A model generated the notes under the pieces. The model did no database searches, was not told the origin of the DNA, and worked only from the letters and a program-made list of their open reading frames with translations. Shown here in pieces: positions 28,090-32,000 of a stretch of DNA of 32,000 nt (positions within the stretch are counted from its first letter, which is position 1; every line of letters begins with the position of its first letter). Both the position numbers and the translations under genes were made by a program. This DNA is from Candidatus Electronema halotolerans (GTDB lineage: Bacteria > Desulfobacterota > Desulfobulbia > Desulfobulbales > Desulfobulbaceae), in contig OW818675.1 of the NCBI GenBank assembly GCA_942493095.1, forward strand, positions 150,001 through 182,000, read 5' to 3'.

Positions 28090-28271
28090 GTCGTTGGGGC
28101 GATCTGCGCTGTTTTTAAAGAATCCGCTTGCTTTTTTCACAGCTCTTCTTTAGACTGAGAGCATCCTTTTATAAGGATGGCGGACAGGAGGTTCCAAACG
28201 GCTTCTTTTTCTATGCAACTGCCGGATGTTTTTGTTGAAAATATTTTTTTGCCGGAGTGCAAATTTTTGTA

Positions 28272-28300
28272 TTGCCATTCCGCATGATGGATGCTATAGT
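28272..28300 (+). promoter_or_regulatory. Sigma-70-like promoter P1
   Basis: TTGCCA (28272-28277), 17-nt spacer, TATAGT (28295-28300); upstream of the repeat-protein gene. Confidence 0.5.
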
Positions 28301-28371
28301 GAAGAGGACTTGAAGGAGAGACGGTTTGCTTGACTCTTTCTCCGCTGTTTTTGCGGCAGTGCAATTGTTTG

Positions 28372-28400
28372 TTGACAATAGCTGCGGAGACAGCTTTAAT
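28372..28400 (+). promoter_or_regulatory. Sigma-70-like promoter P2
   Basis: Perfect TTGACA (28372-28377), 17-nt spacer, TTTAAT (28395-28400); expected start site about 60 nt before the ATG. Confidence 0.6.
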
Positions 28401-28465
28401 CGTTCCAAGGCAGCTTGCATGAAGACTTTTGTTGCAACAAAAAAACAAATGAAAGGAGGCAGGTG

Positions 28466-29659
28466 ATGAAGAAGGACAAGGTGGCTCTCGGAGCAGCGGC
28501 TTTTGTGATACTGATCGGCGGTGTCGCTCAAGCGGGCAGCCTCGATTTTGGCGGCGGCCCGGATCAGGGAGATTATGCCTATGAATCCGTTGGTCAGCAG
28601 GCTCAGATCGGTCAGGATCAGATGCTGTCCGGCCAGGTTCCCGGTGTTCCGGTCAACGCCCGTCCGGGCGAGTGCTACTCCCGTTGTATTGCCCCGGCCA
28701 GGTACAAAACCGTGACTGAGAAAGTCTTGGTGCGTCCGGCCACTGAGAAGATTGTGACCATTCCAGGCAAATACAGATGGGTGGAGAAACGGGTTGTCGC
28801 AAAAGAGGCATCCGAGAGAATTGAGACCATTCCGCCGCGTTTTGAGGATCGCACCGTGCGGGTGATGGTCAAGCCGCCCTCTGAGCGGCTGCGGGTCATC
28901 CCGGCTCGGTATGATACCAGGCAGGAGCAGGTGGTGATCAAACCTGCCTCCACCAGAAGCGTGACCACTCCTCCGGTTTTCAAGACCGTGAAGCAGCGGA
29001 TTCTGGTCCAGGCCGCCTCCACCAAGTGGATCAGAACAGCAGTTCCTTGTACGGTTGATGATGTGAAGCTGGGCCTGACCGACTGCGAGACACTCTGCTT
29101 GATCGAGACCCCGGCCATGTACAAGACTGTGATCAAAAAAGTGCTGGTCAATCCGGCATCCCAGAGAACCGTCACTATTCCGGCTGAATTCGAGACCATC
29201 ACTAAAACTGTTGTGGTTGAGCCAGCCAAAGTTGTGAAGGAGAACATCCCAGCTCAGTACAAAACCATCACCAAGACCGTTATGGTTGAGCCGGCCAAAA
29301 CCAGAAGAATGCCGATCCCGCCTGAGTTCAAGACCATCCGGGTTAAGCAGGTGGTGCAGGAGCCTGGCGAGCGGCGCGTTCCGGTCCCGGCCAAGTACGA
29401 GACCGTCCGCAAGCGGGTTAAAGTCAGCGACAGCAAGATCGTTTGGCGGGCCGTTGTCTGCCAGGATCAGATTCAGGACACCAAAGTCATTCAGGTGCAA
29501 AGAGCACTGGCGCAGGAAGGCTTTGATCCTGGTCCGGTTGACGGCAACTACAGCGAGCAAACCCAGCAGGCTCTGCGGGCTTATCAGCGGAGCAAAGGTC
29601 TGCCCGAAGGCGGCGGCATGACCATTGAGACGCTTGAGTCCATGGGCATCTATGAGTAA
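28466..29659 (+). CDS. Secreted modular repeat protein with C-terminal peptidoglycan-binding domain
   Basis: AAGGAGG (28453-28459) 6 nt before ATG; signal peptide MKKDKVALGAAAFVILIGGVAQA; ten repeats of 23 aa (one is 25), consensus PAx[YF]KTVxxxVLVxPAxxxxVxI; C-terminal KVIQVQRALAQEGFDPGPVDGNYSEQTQQALRAYQRSKGL (PG_binding_1-like). Confidence 0.85.
   Translation: MKKDKVALGAAAFVILIGGVAQAGSLDFGGGPDQGDYAYESVGQQAQIGQDQMLSGQVPGVPVNARPGECYSRCIAPARYKTVTEKVLVRPATEKIVTIPGKYRWVEKRVVAKEASERIETIPPRFEDRTVRVMVKPPSERLRVIPARYDTRQEQVVIKPASTRSVTTPPVFKTVKQRILVQAASTKWIRTAVPCTVDDVKLGLTDCETLCLIETPAMYKTVIKKVLVNPASQRTVTIPAEFETITKTVVVEPAKVVKENIPAQYKTITKTVMVEPAKTRRMPIPPEFKTIRVKQVVQEPGERRVPVPAKYETVRKRVKVSDSKIVWRAVVCQDQIQDTKVIQVQRALAQEGFDPGPVDGNYSEQTQQALRAYQRSKGLPEGGGMTIETLESMGIYE
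28694..29044 (+). repeat. Coding repeat array 1: five ~23-aa (69-bp) units
   Basis: PARYKTVTEKVLVRPATEKIVTI / PGKYRWVEKRVVAKEASERIETI / PPRFEDRTVRVMVKPPSERLRVI / PARYDTRQEQVVIKPASTRSVTT / PPVFKTVKQRILVQAASTKWIRTAV. Confidence 0.9.
29111..29455 (+). repeat. Coding repeat array 2: five 23-aa (69-bp) units
   Basis: PAMYKTVIKKVLVNPASQRTVTI / PAEFETITKTVVVEPAKVVKENI / PAQYKTITKTVMVEPAKTRRMPI / PPEFKTIRVKQVVQEPGERRVPV / PAKYETVRKRVKVSDSKIVWRAV. Confidence 0.9.
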
Positions 29660-29693
29660 ATCAGCAGGGTTTCATCCACCTGTTTGAGTCTGG

Positions 29694-29727
29694 CAGCCGG
29701 AACATTTCGTGTTCCGGCTGTTTTTTT
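29694..29727 (+). terminator. Rho-independent terminator after the repeat-protein gene
   Basis: Perfect 11-bp stem CAGCCGGAACA (29694-29704) / TGTTCCGGCTG (29710-29720), 5-nt loop, TTTTTTT. Confidence 0.93.
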
Positions 29728-29939
29728 ATTCAGTCCTGCCACCCGCATGCTCCTTCCTGTTTCACTTCGCATTTTCCTGTTTCTCCGCCTGTCTTGACTC
29801 ATGCCCATGCCAGCTCAGTTTGCTGCCATGCGCCAGCCTGTCTGATCTTTGCTTCCGTTTTGCCAGCTGTCCGTTTATAATTACGCCTGTTTGCAGGTAT
29901 GGCTGAAGCAGGATAAAATGACGCTGTCATCTGTCTCTC

Positions 29940-30012
29940 CCGTAGGGGCGGCCCGTGTTTCCCGGTTATTCCGGCGCGCTGCACGGGCAGGCACAGGGGC
30001 CTGCCCCTACGG
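29940..30012. repeat. Palindromic intergenic element with nested stems
   Basis: Outer CCGTAGGGGC (29940-29949) / GCCCCTACGG (30003-30012); inner GCCCGTG (29951-29957) / CACGGGC (29982-29988). Confidence 0.7.
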
Positions 30013-30050
30013 CGGGCGGCAGAAAAGAAAAAGGATGACCGGAGTTCAAT

Positions 30051-31730
30051 ATGAAAAGAAATGCTGTTGTCCGGCTGGCTGTGCTGGTGCTGCTTGGAGC
30101 TGTGGCAGTGACGGCGGCTGTCAGCGGAACCCTCAAGGCCGGACAGGGGAAAATAGTTTTTCTGCCCTTCAGAGTCAGCACTGAAGAACCGCAGGAGCAT
30201 CTTCGGGCCGGGCTGACCAGCATTTTAGCCAGCCGCCTCAGTGAGCGCAGCGGGCTGGAGGCTGTCTATGGGGCGGATAAAACCGGCAAGCTGGAAGCCA
30301 TGCTCCAGAACGGCCAGCCGCAGGAGGCAAAAAAAATCCTCCACAATTTGCAGGGCAGTCAGCTTGTCCTTGGCAGCTTGGAGCAGCAGGGCCGCAGCTA
30401 CACCCTTTTTGTTCAGGTGTTGGGCGGCAGCCGGACAGCACCTGCCTCTTTCACCCGCATTGTCAGTTCGTTGGACAAAGTCATTCCGGTTCTAGATGAT
30501 CTGGCGGCTGAGATTGCCGCCGCAGTCTTCCACGCCAAGCCAGCAGTGGCCGCACCTCCTGCGGCAGAGCAGGAGGATATGGACGGCTTTCAGACCGCGC
30601 ACCCGGACAAAATCTGGCGGGATGAGCTACAGCAGGCCGCAGCTTCTGTCGTCCCAGCTTCTGCGGAAGAAACCGGGCTGTTTCGGGTCTTGTCCTCTCG
30701 GAGCAGCAGCGAGCTGTCCTCCTCGTTCCGGGCTATGGACGCAGGCGATGCGGACGGTGACGGCAGCGCAGAGTTTGTCTTATTGGAACAGGGGCGGCTG
30801 CTCCTGCTCCGGGCTGGCAATAATGATCACTTCCGAATTCTTGCCCAATATCCGCTGCCCGGCCATCTTGGTCTGCATGCAGTGCAGTTAGCTGATTTGG
30901 ATGGCAATGGCCGACAGGAAATCTACATCTCGGCCAGCAGCGGCGGCAGCCCCTCCTCGTTGGTGCTGGAATGGAACGGGGCGCAGTTCCATTCTCTGAA
31001 CTGGCAGGTGCCGTATTATCTCCGTCCGGGAAAGGATGCGGTAGGCAGGCCGGTGCTGCTCGGTCAGGCAGGCGGCAGCATCTATCGGCTTGTCCGCAGT
31101 CAGGACGGCAGACTGAACCGGGCCGAGGAACTTGCTGTGCCCGCAGGCTTTGGCCTCTATGATTTCATCCGCACCGATTTAAATCAGGACGGCAGACTGG
31201 AATTTGTCGGCCTGACCGAAGAAAATAAGATGCTGGTCTTGGATGAGAACGGCAGGCCGTTGTGGCAGAGCGAGGACATCTACGGAGCCAGCCGCAATGC
31301 TCTCGGCACCTTGGCCAGCAGGCGGCAGGCTGATCTTGACCGGCCTTATGATGAACGCCAGCGCACCTATCTGCATACCCGCATCATTGCCCAAGACCTG
31401 ACTGGCGACGGCAAGCCGGAGATTGTCATCAGCCGCAACCAAGTGACCAATGTCAGATTCTTCAAGCAGCTTCGTTATTTTGATGGCTCGTCCATTGTCG
31501 CTCTGAGCTGGGACGGCAGCCGGATGAACCGGCTCTGGGAAACCGCGCAAAATCCCGGCTACATTGTTGACTGCCAAGTGCGCAGCAATCCAGCCCAGCC
31601 GGGCCGCTTCCGTCTCTTCTGGGTGGAAAGTGACGACACCGGCAATCCTATGTATTTCTGGGCCAGAGAAAAGTCTGTGCTGAAAATGGAGGACTTGGCC
31701 CCGGCTGCCGCATCAGCGGGCAAACGATGA
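30051..31730 (+). CDS. Secreted/periplasmic FG-GAP/VCBS repeat-like protein with N-terminal TolB-N/FlgO-like domain
   Basis: N-terminal hydrophobic signal/anchor; GKIVFLPFRVSTEEPQEHLRAGLTSILASRLSERSGL; four repeated Asp-rich loops DADGDGSAEF, DLDGNGRQEI, DLNQDGRLEF, DLTGDGKPEI. Confidence 0.75.
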   Translation: MKRNAVVRLAVLVLLGAVAVTAAVSGTLKAGQGKIVFLPFRVSTEEPQEHLRAGLTSILASRLSERSGLEAVYGADKTGKLEAMLQNGQPQEAKKILHNLQGSQLVLGSLEQQGRSYTLFVQVLGGSRTAPASFTRIVSSLDKVIPVLDDLAAEIAAAVFHAKPAVAAPPAAEQEDMDGFQTAHPDKIWRDELQQAAASVVPASAEETGLFRVLSSRSSSELSSSFRAMDAGDADGDGSAEFVLLEQGRLLLLRAGNNDHFRILAQYPLPGHLGLHAVQLADLDGNGRQEIYISASSGGSPSSLVLEWNGAQFHSLNWQVPYYLRPGKDAVGRPVLLGQAGGSIYRLVRSQDGRLNRAEELAVPAGFGLYDFIRTDLNQDGRLEFVGLTEENKMLVLDENGRPLWQSEDIYGASRNALGTLASRRQADLDRPYDERQRTYLHTRIIAQDLTGDGKPEIVISRNQVTNVRFFKQLRYFDGSSIVALSWDGSRMNRLWETAQNPGYIVDCQVRSNPAQPGRFRLFWVESDDTGNPMYFWAREKSVLKMEDLAPAAASAGKR

Positions 31731-32000
31731 GCTTGGACAAGCTGCTTGAGTTTGGCTGCAATCCTGAGGTGCTGGCTGGAATTGCCTGCGCGTTCATGGC
31801 CATGCTGTGGCTTTTTATCGGCAGAAACCGGCAGCGCGGCCCAGCAGCCGCAGACCGTCTGGACGCAGTGCAGGTGATTTTTCTTCTCAGCCTGCTGGCC
31901 TTGCTTGCGCTGGCGGTGCTGATGTGGCATGACCGCGCCATTTCCATGCCGCTGCTCGGCAGCCTGCTGGGAAGCATCATCACTGGTCTGCCGCTCTTGC
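31727..32000 (+). CDS. Putative membrane protein, 3' end beyond window
   Basis: ATGA overlap with the upstream stop; open to the window end: MSLDKLLEFGCNPEVLAGIACAFMAMLWLFIGRNRQRGPAAADRLDAVQVIFLLSLLALLALAVLMWHDRAISMPLLGSLLGSIITGLPLL, several hydrophobic stretches. Not in the ORF track because it runs off the edge. Confidence 0.7.
   Translation, partial: MSLDKLLEFGCNPEVLAGIACAFMAMLWLFIGRNRQRGPAAADRLDAVQVIFLLSLLALLALAVLMWHDRAISMPLLGSLLGSIITGLPLL

Noticed and set aside
28694-29455. Regular ~69-bp DNA periodicity considered as CRISPR or non-coding tandem repeat
   Set aside because: Units are diverged at DNA level but conserved in protein frame; no identical direct repeats with unique spacers.
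28211-29560. 449-aa minus-strand ORF
   Set aside because: Antisense to the repeat-protein gene; open because of repetitive codon usage. The plus-strand gene has a signal peptide, ribosome site, promoters and terminator.
29286-29621. 111-aa plus-strand ORF inside the repeat-protein gene
   Set aside because: Shadow frame within the 69-bp repeat array; Ser/Arg-rich translation without features, no ribosome site considered convincing.
29728-29939. Pyrimidine-rich intergenic stretch as a small RNA or small gene
   Set aside because: No promoter, stem or ribosome site I can defend; the six-frame ORFs there are short and featureless.

Overview
The 32 kb window has three parts. (1) About 1-8063 is the end of a surface-polysaccharide locus broken by a nested insertion-sequence pile-up: an IS30-like element cut by an ISL3 element, the ISL3 element cut by an IS66-type unit carrying a 199-bp inverted-repeat segment, then a second IS66-type element with a partially duplicated 3' half that is split by an IS5-like element. 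Terminal inverted repeats and target duplications are readable for several of these. (2) About 8087-28091 is a long, all-plus-strand, tightly packed glycan biosynthesis/decoration cluster: several glycosyltransferases, two SAM methyltransferases, a NeuA-like CMP-sugar synthase, a 750-aa CBS-NeuB-SAF-TIM-barrel fusion, a NodU/CmcH carbamoyltransferase, a membrane acyltransferase, a surface carbohydrate biosynthesis protein, two consecutive sulfotransferases and an aldolase-SDR fusion. This predicts a nonulosonic-acid-type, methylated, carbamoylated and sulfated surface glycan. (3) About 28272-32000 is an envelope/periplasm-like region: two strong tandem promoter candidates; a secreted protein made of two Cys-bounded modules of five ~23-aa repeats plus a peptidoglycan-binding domain; a strong terminator; a palindromic intergenic element; an FG-GAP/VCBS-like secreted protein; and a translationally coupled membrane protein running off the window. 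The strongest candidates for something under-described are the modular repeat protein (28466-29659), the CBS-NeuB-TIM fusion and the IS66-related 199-bp element. I saw no CRISPR array, tRNA or rRNA. All calls are from reading the sequence; no database search was run.
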